From the human T2T-CHM13v2.0 reference genome, Homo sapiens, in the NCBI RefSeq assembly GCF_009914755.1, contig NC_060927.1: 64,000 bases of DNA. One strand, written 5' to 3'. The position numbers and the translations under genes are program-made. Shown piece by piece: positions 29,541 to 47,324 of the stretch. The notes below the pieces were generated by a model. That model was given only the letters and a program-made list of their open reading frames with translations, was not told where the DNA came from and did no database searches. The number at the start of each line of letters is the position of its first letter. The first letter of the stretch is position 1.

Positions 29541-32500
29541 AAAGTACCCAAACTATACATTATATACTGTACATAAAATATGAAATTACATCATATATAT
29601 ATTAGGTACATAAAATATGAAAGTACATCAAATATATATTTTATTCTGTACATAAAATATCAAAGTACACCAGATATATATTCTATAGTGTACATAAAAT
29701 AACAAAGTACACAAACTATAAATTATATACTGTACATAAAATATGAAATTACATCAAATATATATTAGGTACATAAAATATGAAAGTACATCAAATATAG
29801 ATTATATACTGTACATATAATATCAATGTACCCGAAATATATATTTTATACTCTACATGAAATATCAAAGTTCACAAACCATATATTGTATACTGCACAT
29901 AAAATATCAAAATACCCAAGGTATATATTCTATACTGTACAAAAAATATCAAAGTACCCAAAGCAGGTATTATATACTGTACATAAAATATGAAAGTACA
30001 TCAAATATATATTTTATTCTGTACATAAAATATCAAAGTACACCAGATATATATTCTATAGCGTACATAAAATATCAAAGTACACAAACTATACATTATA
30101 TACTGTACATAAAATATGAAATTACATCAAATATATATTATATTAGGTACATAAAATATGAAAGTACATCAAATATAGATTATATACTGTAAATATAATA
30201 TCAATGTACCCCAAATATATATTTTATACTCTACATGAAATATCAAAGTTCACAAACCATATATTATATACTGTACATAAAATATCAAAGTACCCAAGGT
30301 ATATATTCTATACTGTACAAAAAATATCAAAGTACCCAAAGCATGTATTATATACTGTACATAAAATATGAAAGTACATCAAATATATATTTTATTCTGT
30401 ACATAAAATATCAAAGTACACCAGATATATATTCTATAGTGTACATAAAATATCAAAGTACCCAAACTATACATTATATACTGTACATAAAATATGAAAT
30501 TACATCAAATATATATTATATTAGGTAAATGAAATATGAAAGTACATCAAATATAGATTATATACTGTACATAAAATATGAAAGTACCCCAAATATATAT
30601 TATATACTCTACATGAAATATCAAAGTTCACAAACTATATATTATATACTGTCCATAAAATATCAAAGTACCCAAGGTATATATTTTATACTGTACAAAA
30701 AATATCAAAGTACCCAAAGCATGTATTATATACTATACCTAAAATATGAAAGTACATCAAATATATATTTTATTCTGTACATAAAATATCAAAGTACACC
30801 AGATATATATTCTACAGTGTATATAAAATATCAAAGTACCCAAACTATACATTATATACTGTACATAAAATATGAAATTACATCAAATATATATTATATT
30901 AGGTACATAAAATATGAAAGTACATGAAGTATAGATTATATACTGTACATAAAATATCAAAGTACCCCAAATTTATATTATATACTATACATGAAATATC
31001 AAAGTTCACAAACTATATATTATATACTGTACATAAAATATCAAAGTACCCAAGGTATATATTCTATAGTGTACAAAAAATATCAAAGTACCCAAAGGAT
31101 GTATTATATACCGTACGTAAAATATAAAATTACATCAAATATATATTTTATTCTGTACATAAAATATCAAAGTACACCAGATATATATACTATAGTGTAC
31201 ATAAAATATCAAAGTACCCAAACTATACATTATACACTGCACATAAAATATGAAATTACATCAAATATATATTAGGTACATAAAATATGAAAGTACATCA
31301 AATATAGATTATATACTGTAAATATAATATCAATGTACCCCAAATATATATTTTATACTCTACATGAAATATCAAAGTTCACAAACCATATATTATATAC
31401 TGTACATAAAATATCAAAGTACCCAAGGTATATATTCTATACTGTACAAAAAATATCAAAGTACCCAAAGCATGTATTATATACTGTACATAAAATATGA
31501 AAGTACATCAAATATATATTTTATTCTGTACATAAAATATCAAAGTACACCAGATATATATTCTATAGTGTACATAAAATATCAAAGCACCCAAACTATA
31601 CATTATATACTGTACATAAAATTTGAAATTACATCAAATATATATTATATTAGGTACATGAAATTTGAAAGTACATCAAATATAGATTATATACTGTACA
31701 TAAAATATCAAAGTACCCCAATATATATTATATACTGTACATGAAATATCAAAGTTCACAAACTATATATTATGTACTGTACATAAAATATCAAAGTACC
31801 CAAGGTATATATTCTATACTGTACAAAAAATATCAAAGTACCCAAAGCATGTATTATATAATGTACATAAAATATGAAAGTACATCAAATATATATTTTA
31901 TTCTGTACATAAAATATCAAAGTACACCAGATATATATTCTATAGCGTACATAAAATATCAAAGTACACAAACTATACATTATATACTGTACATAAAATA
32001 TGAAATTACATCAAATATATATTATATTAGGTACATAAAATATGAAAGTACATCAAATATAGATTATATACTGTAAATATAATATCAATGTACCCCAAAT
32101 ATATATTTTATACTCTACATGAAATATCAAAGTTCACAAACCATATATTATATACTGTACATAAAATATCAAAGTACCCAAGGTATATATTCTATACTGT
32201 ACAAAAAATATCAAAGTACCCAAAGCATGTATTATATACTGTACATAAAATATGAAAGTACATCAAATATATATTTTATTCTGTACATAAAATATCAAAG
32301 TACACCAGATATATATTCTATAGTGTACATAAAATATCAAAGTACCCAAACTATACATTATATACTGTACATAAAATATGAAATTACATCAAATATATAT
32401 TATATTAGGTAAATGAAATATGAAAGTACATCAAATATAGATTATATACTGTACATAAAATATGAAAGTACCCCAAATATATATTATATACTCTACATGA

Positions 32501-35500
32501 AATATCAAAGTTCACAAACTATATATTATATACTGTACATAAAATATCAAAGTACCCAAGGTATATATTCTATACTGTACAAAAAATATCAAAGTATCCA
32601 AAGCATGTATTATATACTGTATATAAAATATGAAAGTACATCAAATATATATTTTATTCTGTACATAAAATATCAAAGTACACCAGATATATATTCTATA
32701 GTGTACATAAAATATCAAAGTACCCAAACTATACATTATATACTGTACATAAAATATGAAATTACAGCAAATATATATTATATTAGGTACATAAAATATG
32801 AAAGTACATCAAATATAGATTATATACTCTACATTAAATACCAAAGTACCCCAAATATATATTTTATACTGTACATGAAATATCAAAGTTCACAAACTAT
32901 ATATTATATACTGTACATAAAATATCAATGTACCCAAGGTATATATTCTATACTGCACAAAAAATATCAAAGTACCCAAAGCATGTATTATATACTGTAT
33001 ATAAAATATGAAAGTACATCAAATATATATTTTATTCTGTACATAAAATATCAAAGTACACCAGATATATATTCTATAGTGTACATAAAATATCAAAGTA
33101 CCCAAACTATACATTATATACTGTACATAAAATATGAAATTACATCAAATATATATTATATTAGGTACATAAAATACGAAAGTACATCAAATATAGATTA
33201 TATACTGTACATAAAATATGAAAGTACCCCAATATATATTATATACTCTACATGAAATATCAAAGTTCACAAACTATATATTATGTACTGTACATAAAAT
33301 ATCAAACTACCCAAGGTATATATTCTATACTGTACAAATAATATCAAAGTACCCAAAGCATGTATTATATAATGTACATAAAATATGAAAGTACATCAAA
33401 TATATATTTTATTCTGTACATAAAATATCAAAGAACACCAGATATATATTCTATAGTGTACATAAAATATCAAAGTACCCAAACTATACATTATATACTG
33501 TACATAAAATATGAAATTACATCATATATATATTAGGTACATAAAATATGAAAGTACATCAAATATATATTTTATTCTGTACATAAAATATCAAAGTACA
33601 CCAGATATATATTCTATAGTGTACATAAAATAACAAAGTACACAAACTATAAAATATGTACTGTACATAAAATATGAAATTACATCAAATATATATTAGG
33701 TACATAAAATATGAAAGTACATCAAATATAGATTATATACTGTACATATAATATCAATGTACCCGAAATATATATTTTATACTCTACATGAAATATCAAA
33801 GTTCACAAACCATATATTGTATACTGCACATAAAATATCAAAATACACAAGGTATATATTCTATACTGTACAAAAAATATCAAAGTACCCAAAGCAGGTA
33901 TTATATACTGTATATAAAATATGAAAGTACATCAAATATATATTTTATTCTGTACATAAAATATCAAAGTACACCAGATATATATTCTATAGTGTACATA
34001 AAATATCAAGGTACCCAAACTATATATTATATACTGTACATAAAATATGAAATTACAGCAAATATATATTATATTAGGTACATAAAATATGAAAGTACAT
34101 CAAATATAGATTATATACTGTACATTAAATACCAAAGTACCCCAAATATATATTTTATACTGTACATGAAATATCAAAGTTCACAAACTATATATTATAT
34201 ACTGTACATAAAATATCAATGTACCCAAGGTATATATTCTATACTGCACAAAAAATATCAAAGTACCCAAAGCATGTATTATATACTGTATATAAAATAT
34301 GAAAGTACATCAAATATATATTTTATTCTGTACATAAAATATCAAAGTACACCAGATATATATTCTATAGTGTACATAAAATATCAAAGTACCCAAACTA
34401 TACATTATATACTGTACATAAATATGAAATTACATCAAATATATATTATGTTAGGTACATAAAATATGAAAGTACATGAAGTATAGATTATATACTGTAG
34501 ATAAAATATCAAAGTACCCCAAATATATATTATATACTCTACATGAAATATCAAAGTTCACAAACTATATATTATATACTGTACATAAAATATCAAAGTA
34601 CCCAAGGTATATATTCTATACTGTACAAAAAATATCAAAGTATCCAAAGCATGTTTTATATACTGTATATAAAATATGAAAGTACATTAAAGATATATTT
34701 TATTCTGTACATAAAATATCAAAATACACCAGATATATATTCTATAGTGTACATAAAATAACAAAGTACAGAAACTATAAATTATATACTGTACATAAAA
34801 TATGAAATTACATCAAATATATATTAGGTACATAAAATATGAAAGTACATCAAATATAGATTATATACTGTACATATAATATCAATGTACCCCAAATATA
34901 TATTTTATACTCTACATGAAATATCAAAGTTCACAAACCATACATTATATACTGTACATAAAATATCAAAGTACCCAAGTTATATATTCTATACTGTACA
35001 AAAGATATCAAAGTACCCAAAGCATGTATTATATACTGTATATAAAATATGAAAGTACATCAAATATATATTATATACTGTACATAAAATATCAAAGTAC
35101 ACCAGATATATATTTTATAGTGTACATAAAATATCAAAGTACCCAAACTATACATTATATACTGTACATAAAATATGAGATTACATCAAATATATATTAT
35201 ATTAGGTACATAAAATATGAAAGTACATCAGATATAGATTATATACTGTACATAAAATATCAAAGTACCCCAAATATATATTATATACTCTACATGAAAT
35301 ATCAAAGTTCACAAACTATATATTATATACTGTACATAAAATATCAAAGTACCCAAGGTATATATTCTATACTGTACAAAAAATATCAAAATACCCAAAG
35401 CATGTATTATATACTGTATATAAAATATGAAAGTACATCAAATATATATTTTATTCTGTACATAAAATATCAAAGTACACCAGATATATATTCTATAGTG

Positions 35501-38500
35501 TACATAAAATATCAAAGTACCCAAACTATACATTATATACTGTACATAAAATATGAAATTACAGCAAATATATATTATATTAGGTACATAAAATATGAAA
35601 GTACATCAAATATAGATTATATACTGTACATTAAATACCAAAGTACCCCAAATATATATTTTATACTGTACATGAAATATCAAAGTTCACAAACTATATA
35701 TTATATACTGTACATAAAATATCAATGTACCCAAGGTATATATTCTATACTGCACAAAAAATATCAAAGTACCCAAAGCATGTATTATATACTGTATATA
35801 AAATATGAAAGTACATCAAATATATATTTTATTCTGTACATAAAATATCAAAGTACACCAGATATATATTCTATAGTGTACATAAAATATCAAAGTACCC
35901 AAACTATACATTATATACTGAACATAAAATATGAAATTACATCAAATATATATTATATTAGGTAAATAAAATACGAAAGTACATCAAATATAGATTATAT
36001 ACTGTACATAAAATATCAAAGTACCCCAATATATATTATATACTGTACATGAAATATCAAAGTTCACAAACTATATATTATGTACTGTACATAAAATATC
36101 AAAGTACCCAAGGTATATATTCTATACTGTACAAAAAATATCAAAGTACCCAAAGCATGTATTATATACTGTACATAAAATATGAAAGTACATCAAATAT
36201 ATATTTTATTCTGTACATAAAATATCAAAGTACACCACATATATATTCTGTAGTGTACATAAAATATCAAAGTACCCAAACTATATATTATATACTGTAC
36301 ATAAAATATGAAATTACATCAAATATATATTATATTAGGTACATAAAATATGAAAGTACATCAAATATAGATTATATACTGTACATAAAATATCAAAGTA
36401 CCCCAAATTTATATTATATACTATACATGAAATATCAAAGTTCACAAACTATATATTATATACTGTACATAAAATATCAAAGTACCCAAGGTATATATTC
36501 TATAGTGTACAAAAAATATCAAAGTACCCAAAGCATGTATTATATACCGTACATAAAATATAAAATTACATCAAATATATATTTTATACTGTACATAAAA
36601 TATCAAAGTACACCAGATATATATTCTATAGAGTACATAAAATATCAAAGTACCCAAACTATACATTACATACTGTACATAAAATATGAAATTACATCAA
36701 ATATATATTATAATAGGTACATAAAATATGAAAGTACATCAAATATAGATTACATACTGTACATTAAATACGAAAGTACCCCAAATATATATTTTATACT
36801 GTACATGAAATATCAAAGTACCCAAGGTATATATTCTATACTGTACAAAAAATATCAAAGTACCCAAAGCATGTATTACAAACTGTACATAAAATATGAA
36901 AGTCCATCAAATATATATTTTATTCTGTACATAAAATATCAAAGTACACCAGATATATATTCTATAGTGAAAATAAAATATCAATGTACCCAAACTATAC
37001 ATTATATACTGTACATAAAATATGAAATTACATCAAATATATATTATATTAGGTAAATAAAATATGAAAGTACATCAAATATAGATTATATACTGTACAT
37101 TAAGTACCAAAGTACCCCAAATATATATTTTATACTGTACATGAAATATCAAAGTTCACAAACTATATATTATATACTGTACATAAAATATGAAAGTACC
37201 CAAGGTATATACTCTATACTGTACAAAAAATATCAAAGTACCCAAAGCATGTATTATATACTGTACATAAAGTAAGAAAGTACATCAAATATATATTTTA
37301 TTCTGTACATAAAATATCAAGGTACACCAGATATATATTCTATAGTGTACATAAAATATCAAAGTACCCAAACTATAAATTATATACTGTACATAAAATA
37401 TGAAATTACATCAAATATATATTATATTAGGTACATAAAATATGAAAGTACATCAAATATAGATTATATACTCTACATTAAATACCAAAGTACCCCAAAT
37501 ATATGTTTTATACTGTACATGAAATATCAAAGTTCACAAAGTATATATTATATACTGTACATAAAATATCAAAGTACCCAAGGTATATATTCTATACTGT
37601 ACAAAAAATATCAAAGTAAACAAAGCATGTATTATATACTGTACCTAAAATATGAAAGTACATCAAATATATATTTTATTCTGTACATAAAATATCAAAG
37701 TACACCAGATATATATTCTATAGTGTATATAAAATATCAAAGTACCCAAACTATACATTATATACTGTACATAAAATATGAAATTACATCAAATATATAT
37801 TATATTAGGTACATAAAATATGAAAGTACATGAAGTATAGATTATATACTGTACATAAAATATCAAAGTACCCCAAATTTATATTATATACTATACATGA
37901 AATATCAAAGTTCACAAACTATATATTATATACTGTACATAAAATATCAAAGTACCCAAGGTATATATTCTATAGTGTACAAAAAATATCAAAGTACGCA
38001 AAGCATGTATTATATACCGTACATAAAATATGAAATTACATCAAATATATATTTTATTCTGTACATAAAATATCAAAGTACACCAGATATATATACTATA
38101 GTGTACATAAAATATCAAAGTACCCAAACTATACATTATACACTGCACATAAAATATGAAATTACATCAAATATATATTAGGTACATAAAATATGAAAGT
38201 ACATCAAATATAGATTATATACTGTAAATATAATATCAATGTACCCCAAATATATATTTTATACTCTACATGAAATATCAAAGTTCACAAACCATATATT
38301 ATATACTGTACATAAAATATCAAAGTACCCAAGGTATATATTCTATACTGTACAAAAAATATCAAAGTACCCAAAGCATGTATTATATAATGTACATAAA
38401 ATATGAAAGTACATCAAATATATATTTTATTCTGTACATAAAATATCAAAGTACACCAGATATATATTCTATAGTGTACATAAAATATCAAAGTACCCAA

Positions 38501-41500
38501 ACTATACATTATATACTGTACATAAAATATGAAATTACATCAAATATATATTATATTAGGTACATGAAATTTGAAAGTACATCAAATATAGATTATATAC
38601 TGTACATTAAATACCAAAGTACCCCAAATATATATTTTATACTGTACATGAAATATCAAAGTTCACAAACTATATATTATATACTGTACATAAAATATCA
38701 ATGTACCCAAGGTATATATTCTATACTGCTCAAAAAATATCAAAGTACCCAAAGCATGTATTATATACTGTATATAAAATATGAAAGTACATCAAATATA
38801 TATTTTATTCTGTACATAAAATATCAAAGTACACCAGATATATATTCTATAGTGTACATAAAATAACAAAGTACACAAACTATAAATTATATACTGTACA
38901 TAAAATATGAAATTACATCAAATATATATTAGGCACATAAAATATGAAAGTACATCAAATATAGATTATATACTGTACATATAATATCAATGTACGCGAA
39001 ATATATATTTTATACTCTACATGAAATATCAAAGTGCACAAACCATATATTGTATACTGCACATAAAATATCAAAATACCCAAGGTATATATTCTATACT
39101 GTACAAAAAATATCAAAGTACCCAAAGCAGGTATTATATACTGTAAATAAAATATGAAAGTACATCAAATATATATTTTATTCTGTACATAAAATATCAA
39201 AGTACACCAGATATATATTCTATAGCGTACATAAAATATCAAAGTACACAAACTGTACATTATATACTGTATATAAAATATGAAATTAAATCAAATATAT
39301 ATTATATTAGGTACATAAAATATGAAAGTACATCAAATATAGATTATATACTGTACATTAAATACCAAAGTACCCCAAATATATATTTTATACTGTACAT
39401 GAAATTTCAAAGTTCACAAACTATATATTATATACTGTACATAAAATATCAAAGTACCCAAGGTATATATTCTATAGTGTACAAAAAATATCAAAGTACC
39501 CAAAGCATGTATTATATACCGTACATAAAATATAAAATTACATCAAATATATATTTTATTCTGTACATAAAATATCAAAGTACACCAGATATATATACTA
39601 TAGTGTACATAAAATATCAAAGTACCCAAACTATACATTATACACTGTACATAAAATATGAAATTACATCAAATATATATTAGGTACATAAAATATGAAA
39701 GTACATCAAATATAGATTATATACTGTAAATATAATATCAATGTACCCCAAATATATATTTTATACTCTATATGAAATATCAAAGTTCACAAACCATATA
39801 TTATATACTGTACATAAAATATCAAAGTACCAAAGGTATATATTCTATACTGTACAAAAAATATCAAAGTACCCAAAGCATGTATTATATACTGTACATA
39901 AAATATGAAAGTACATCAAATATATATTTTATTCTGTACATAAAATATCAAAGTACACCAGATATATATTCTATAGTGTACATAAAATATCAAAGTACCC
40001 AAACTATACATTATATACTGTACATAAAATATGAAATTACATCAAATATATATTATATTAGGTACATGAAATATGAAAGTACATCAAATATAGATTATAT
40101 ACTGTACATAAAATATGAAAGTACCCCAAATATATATTATATACTCTACATGAAATATCAAAGTTCACAAACTATATATTATATACTGTACATAAAATAT
40201 CAAAGTACCCAAGGTATATATTCTATACTGTACAAAAAATATCAAAGTATCCAAAGCAGGTATTATATACTGTATATAAAATATGAAAGTACATCAAATA
40301 TATATTTTATTCTGTACATAAAATATCAAAGTACACCAGATATATATTCTATAGTGTACATAAAATATCAAGGTACCCAAACTATATATTATATACTGTA
40401 CATAAAATATGAAATTACAGCAAATATATATTATATTAGGTACATAAAATATGAAAGTACATCAAATATAGATTATATACTGTACATTAAATACCAAAGT
40501 ACCCCAAATATATATTTTATACTGTACATGAAATATCAAAGTTCACAAACTATATATTATATACTGTACATAAAATATCAATGTACCCAAGGTATATATT
40601 CTATACTGCACAAAAAATATCAAAGTACCCACAGCATGTATTATATACTGTATATAAAATATGAAAGTACATCAAATATATATTTTATTCTGTACATAAA
40701 ATAACAAAATACACCAGATATATATTCTATAGTGTACATAAAATATCAAAGTACCCAAACTATACATTATATACTGTACATAAATATGAAATTACATCAA
40801 ATATATATTATATTAGGTACATAAAATATGAAAGTACATGAAGTATAGATTATATACTGTAGATAAAATATCAAAGTACCCCAAATTTATATTATATACT
40901 ATACATGAAATATCAAAGTTCACAAACTATATATTATATACTGTACATAAAATATCAAAGTACCCAAGGTATATATTCTATAGTGTACAAAAAATATCAA
41001 AGTACCCAAAGCATGTATTATATACCGTACATAAAATATAAAATTACATCAAATATATATTTTATTCTGTACATAAAATATCAAAGTACACCAGATATAT
41101 ATACTATAGTGTACATAAAATATCAAAGTACCCAAACTATACATTATACACTGTACATAAAATATGAAATTACATCAAATATATATTAGGTACATAAAAT
41201 ATGAAAGTACATCAAATATAGATTATATACTGTAAATATAATATCAATGTACCCCAAATATATATTTTATATTCTACATGAAATATCAAAGTTCACAAAC
41301 CATATATTATATACTGTACATAAAATATCAAAGTACCCAAGGTATATATTCTATACTGTGCAAAAAATATCAAAGTACCCAAAGCATGTATTATATACTG
41401 TATATAAAATATGAAAGTACATCAAATATATATTTTATTCTGTACATAAAATGTCAAAGTACACCAGATATATATTCTATAGTGTACATAAAATATGAAA

Positions 41501-41550
41501 GTACCCAAACTATACATTATATACTGTACATAAAATATGAAATTACATCA
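29541..41550 (+). repeat. Large tandem duplication, copy 2 (~11,957 bp; lacks 756 bp = 2 HORs)
   Basis: Matches copy 1 except for a 756-bp gap at ~31667-31708 and at least two substitutions (23924 G / 35881 C; 24430 G / 36387 A). The match ends by 41551. Confidence 0.92.
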
Positions 41551-43740
41551 AATATATATTAAGTACATAAAATATGAAAGTACATCAAATATAGATTATA
41601 TAGTGTACATAAAATATCAATGTACACCAAATATATATTATATACTCTACATGAAATATCAAAGTTCACAAACTATATATTATATACTGTCCATAAAATA
41701 TCAAATTACCCAAGGTATATATTTTATACTGTACAAAAAATATCAAAGTACCCAAAGCATGTATTATATACTATACCTAAAATATGAAAGTACATCAATT
41801 ATATATTTTATTCTGTACATAAAATATCAAAGTACACCAGATATATATTCTACAGTGTATATAAAATATCAAAGTACCCAAACTATACATTATATACTGT
41901 ACATAAAATATGAAATTACATCAAATATATATTATATTAGGTACATAAAATATGAAAGTACATGAAGTATAGATTATATACTGTACATAAAATATCAAAG
42001 TACCCCAAATTTATATTATATACTATACATGAAATATCAAAGTTCACAAACTATATATTATATACTGTACATAAAATATCAAAGTACCCAAGGTATATAT
42101 TCTATAGTGTACAAAAAATATCAAAGTACCCAAAGCATGTATTATATACCATACGTAAAATATAAAATTACATCAAATATATATTTTATTCTGTACATAA
42201 AATATCAAAGTACACCAGATATATATACTATAGTGTACATAAAATATCAAAGTACCCAAACTATACATTATACACTGCACATAAAATATGAAATTACATC
42301 AAATATATATTAGGTACATAAAATATGAAAGTACATCAAATATAGATTATATACTGTAAATATAATATCAATGTACCCCAAATATATATTTTATACTCTA
42401 CATGAAATATCAAAGTTCACAAACCATATATTATATACTGTAAATAAAATATCAAAGTACCCAAGGTATATATTCTATACTGTACAAAAAATATCAAAGT
42501 ACCCAAAGCATGTATTATATACTGTACATAAAATATGAAAGTACATCAAATATATATTTTATTCTGTACATAAAATATCAAAGTACACCAGATATATATT
42601 CTATAGTGTACATAAAATAACAAAGTACACAAACTATAAATTATATCCTGTACATAAAATATGAAATTACATCAAATATATATTAGGTACATAAAATATG
42701 AAAGTACATCAAATATAGATTATATACTGTACATTAAGTACCAAAGTACACCAAATATATATTTTATTCTGTACATAAAATATCAAAGTACACCAGATAT
42801 ATATTCTATAGTGTACATAAAATATCAAAGTACCCAAACTATACATTATATACTGTACATAAAATATGAAATTACAGCAAATATATATTATATTAGGTAA
42901 ATGAAATATGAAAGTACATCAAATATAGATTATATACTGTACATAAAATATGAAAGTACCCCAAATATATATTATATACTCTACATGAAATATCAAAGTT
43001 CACAAACTATATATTATATACTGTACATAAAATATCAAAGTACCCAAGGTATATATTCTATACTGTACAAAAAATATCAAAGTATCCAAAGCATGTATTA
43101 TATACTGTATATAAAATATGAAAGTACATCAAATATATATTTTATTCTGTACATAAAATATCAAAGTACACCAGATATATATTCTATAGTGTACATAAAA
43201 TATCAAAGTACCCAAACTATACATTATATACTGTACATAAAATATGAAATTACAGCAAATATATATTATATTAGGTACATAAAATATGAAAGTACATCAA
43301 ATATAGATTATACACTCTACATTAAATACCAAAGTACCCCAAATATATATTTTATACTGTACATGAAATATCAAAGTTCACAAACTATATATTATATACT
43401 GTACATAAAATATCAATGTACCCAAGGTATATATTCTATACTGCACAAAAAATATCAAAGTACCCAAAGCATGTATTATATACCGTACATAAAATATAAA
43501 ATTACATCAAATATATATTTTATTCTGTACATAAAATATCAAAGTACACCAGATATATATTCTATAGAGTACATAAAATATCAAAGTACCCAAACTATAC
43601 ATTACATACTGTACATAAAATATGAAATTACATCAAATATATATTATAATAGGTACATAAAATATGAAAGTACATGAAATATAGATTATATACTGTACAT
43701 TAAATACGAAAGTACCCCAAATATATATTTTGTACTGTAC

Positions 43741-44076
43741 ATGAAATATCAAAGTACCCAAGGTATATATTCTATACTGTACAAAAAATATCAAAGTACC
43801 CAAAGCATGTATTACAAACTGTACATAAAATATGAAAGTCCATCAAATATATATTTTATTCTGTACATAAAATATCAAAGTACACCAGATATATATTCTA
43901 TAGTGTACATAAAATATCAAAGTACCCAAACTATACATTATATACTGTACATAAAATATGAAATTACATCAAATATATATTATATTAGGTACATAAAATA
44001 TGAAAGTACATGAAGTATAGATTATATACTGTACATAAAATATCAAAGTACCCCAAATTTATATTATATACTATAC
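43741..44076 (+). repeat. 8-mer HOR (336 bp; M1/M2 fused); same junction at 10961, 24848, 36805
   Basis: atgaaatatcaaagt runs directly into acccaaggtat. Consecutive M1 starts 43741 and 44077 are 336 = 8x42 apart. Confidence 0.88.
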
Positions 44077-47000
44077 ATGAAATATCAAAGTTCACAAACT
44101 ATATATTATATACTGTACATAAAATATCAAAGTACCCAAGGTATATATTCTATAGTGTACAAAAAATATCAAAGTACCCAAAGCATGTATTATATACCGT
44201 ACATAAAATATAAAATTACATCAAATATATATTTTATTCTGTACATAAAATATCAAAGTACACCAGATATATATACTATAGTGTACATAAAATATCAAAG
44301 TACCCAAACTATACATTATACACTGTACATAAAATATGAAATTACATCAAATATATATTAGGTACATAAAATATGAAAGTACATCAAATATAGATTATAT
44401 ACTGTAAATATAATATCAATGTACCCCAAATATATATTTTATACTCTACATGAAATATCAAAGTTCACAAACCATATATTATATACTGTACATAAAATAT
44501 CAAAGTACCCAAGGTATATATTCTATACTGTACAAAAGATATCAAAGTACCCAAAGCATGTATTATATACTGTATATAAAATATGAAAGTACATCAAATA
44601 TATATTATATACTGTACATAAAATATCAAAGTACACCAGATATATATTTTATAGTGTACATAAAATATCAAAGTACCCAAACTATACATTATATACTGAA
44701 CATAAAATATGAGATTACATCAAATATATATTATATTAGGTACATAAAATATGAAAGTACATCAGATATAGATTATATACTGTACATACAATATCAAAGT
44801 ACCCCAAATATATATTATATACTCTACATGAAATATCAAAGTTCACAAACTATATATTATATACTGTACATAAAATATCAAAGTACCCAAGGTATATATT
44901 CTATACTGTACAAAAGATATCAAAATACCCAAAGCATGTATTATATACTGTATATAAAATATGAAAATACATTAAATATATATTTTTTCTGTACATAAAA
45001 TATCAAAGTACACCAGATATATATTCTATAGTGTACATAAAATAACAAAGTACACAAACTATAAATTATATACTGTACGTAAAATATGAAATTACATCAA
45101 ATATATATTAGGTACATAAAATATGAAAGTACATCAAATATAGATTATATACTGTACATATAATATCAATGTACCCCAAATATATATTTTATACTCTACA
45201 TGAAATATCAAAGTTCACAAACCATACATTATATACTTTCCATAAAATATCAAAGTACCCATGGCATATATTCTATACTGTACAAAAGATATCAAAGTAC
45301 CCAAAGCATGTATTATATACTGTACATAAAATATGAAAGTACATCAAATATATATTTTATTCTGTACATAAAATATCAAAGTACACCAGATATATATTCT
45401 ATAGTGTACATAAAATATCAAAGTACCCAAACTATATATTATATACTGTACATAAAATATGAAATTACATCAAATATGTATTATATTACGTACATAAAAT
45501 ATGAAAGTACATCAAATATAGATTATATACCGTACATAAAATATCAAAGTACCCCAAATATATATTATATACTATACATGAAATATCAAATATCACAAAC
45601 TATATATTATATACTGTACATAAAATATCAAAGTACCCAATGTATATATTCTATAGTGTACATAAAATATCAAAGTACCCAAACTATACATTATATACTG
45701 TACATAAAATATGAAATTACATAAAATATATATTGTATTAGGTACTTAAAATATGAAAGTACATCAAATATAGATTATATACTGTACATAAAATATCAAA
45801 GTACCCCAAATATATATTATATACTCTACATGAAATATCAAAGTTCACAAACTATATATTATATACTGTACATAAAATATCAAAGTACCCAAGGTATATA
45901 TTCTATACTGTACAAAAGATATCAAAGTACCCAAAGCATGTATTATATACTGTACATAAAATATGAAAGTACATCATATATATATTTTATTCTGTACATA
46001 AAATATTAAAGTACACCAGATATATATTCTATAGTGTACATAAAATATCAAAGTACCCAAACTATACATTATATACTGTACATAAAATATGAAATTACAT
46101 CAAATATATATTAAGTACATAAAATATGAAAGTACATCAAATATGGATTATATACTGTACATAAAATATCAATGTACACCAAATATATATTATATACTCT
46201 ACATGAAATATCAAAGTTCACAAACTATATATTGTATACTGTCCATAAAATATCAATGTACCCAAGGTATATATTCTATACTGTACAAAAAATATCAAAG
46301 TACCCAAAGCATGTATTATATACTGTACCTAAAATATGAAAGTACATCAAATATATATTTTATTCTGTACATAAAATATCAAAGTACACCAGATATATAT
46401 TCTATAGTGTATATAAAATATCAAAGTACCCAAACTATACATTATGTACTGTACATAAAATATGAAATTACATCAAATATATATTATATTAGGTACATAA
46501 AATATGAAAGTACATCAAATATAGATTATATACTGTACATAAAATATCAAAGTACCCCGAATATATATTATATACTCTACATGAAATATCAAAGTTCACA
46601 AACTATATATTATATACTGTACATAAAATATCAAAGTACCCAAGGTATATATTCTATACTGTACAAAAAATATCAAGGTACCCAAAGCATGTATTATATA
46701 CTGTACATAAAATATGAAAGTACATCAAATATATATTTTATTCTGTACATAAAATATCAAAGTACACCAGATATATATTCTATAGTGTATATAAAATATC
46801 AAAGTACCCAAACTATACATTATATACTGTACATAAAATATGAAATTACATCAAATATATATTATATTAGGTACATAAAATATGAAAGTACATGAAGTAT
46901 AGATTATATACTGTACATAAAATATCAAAGTACCCCAAATTTATATTATATACTATACATGAAATATCAAAGTTCACAAACTATATATTATATACTGTAC

Positions 47001-47324
47001 ATAAAATATCAAAGTACCCAAGGTATATATTCTATAGTGTACAAAAAATATCAAAGTACCCAAAGCATGTATTATATACCGTACATAAAATATAAAATTA
47101 CATCAAATATATATTTTATTCTGTACATAAAATATAAAAGTACACCAGATATATATACTATAGTGTACATAAAATATCAAAGTACCCAAACTATACATTA
47201 TACACTGTACATAAAATATGAAATTACATCAAATATATATTAGGTACATAAAATATGAAAGTACATCAAATATAGATTATATACTGTAAATATAATATCA
47301 ATGTACCCCAAATATATATTTTAT

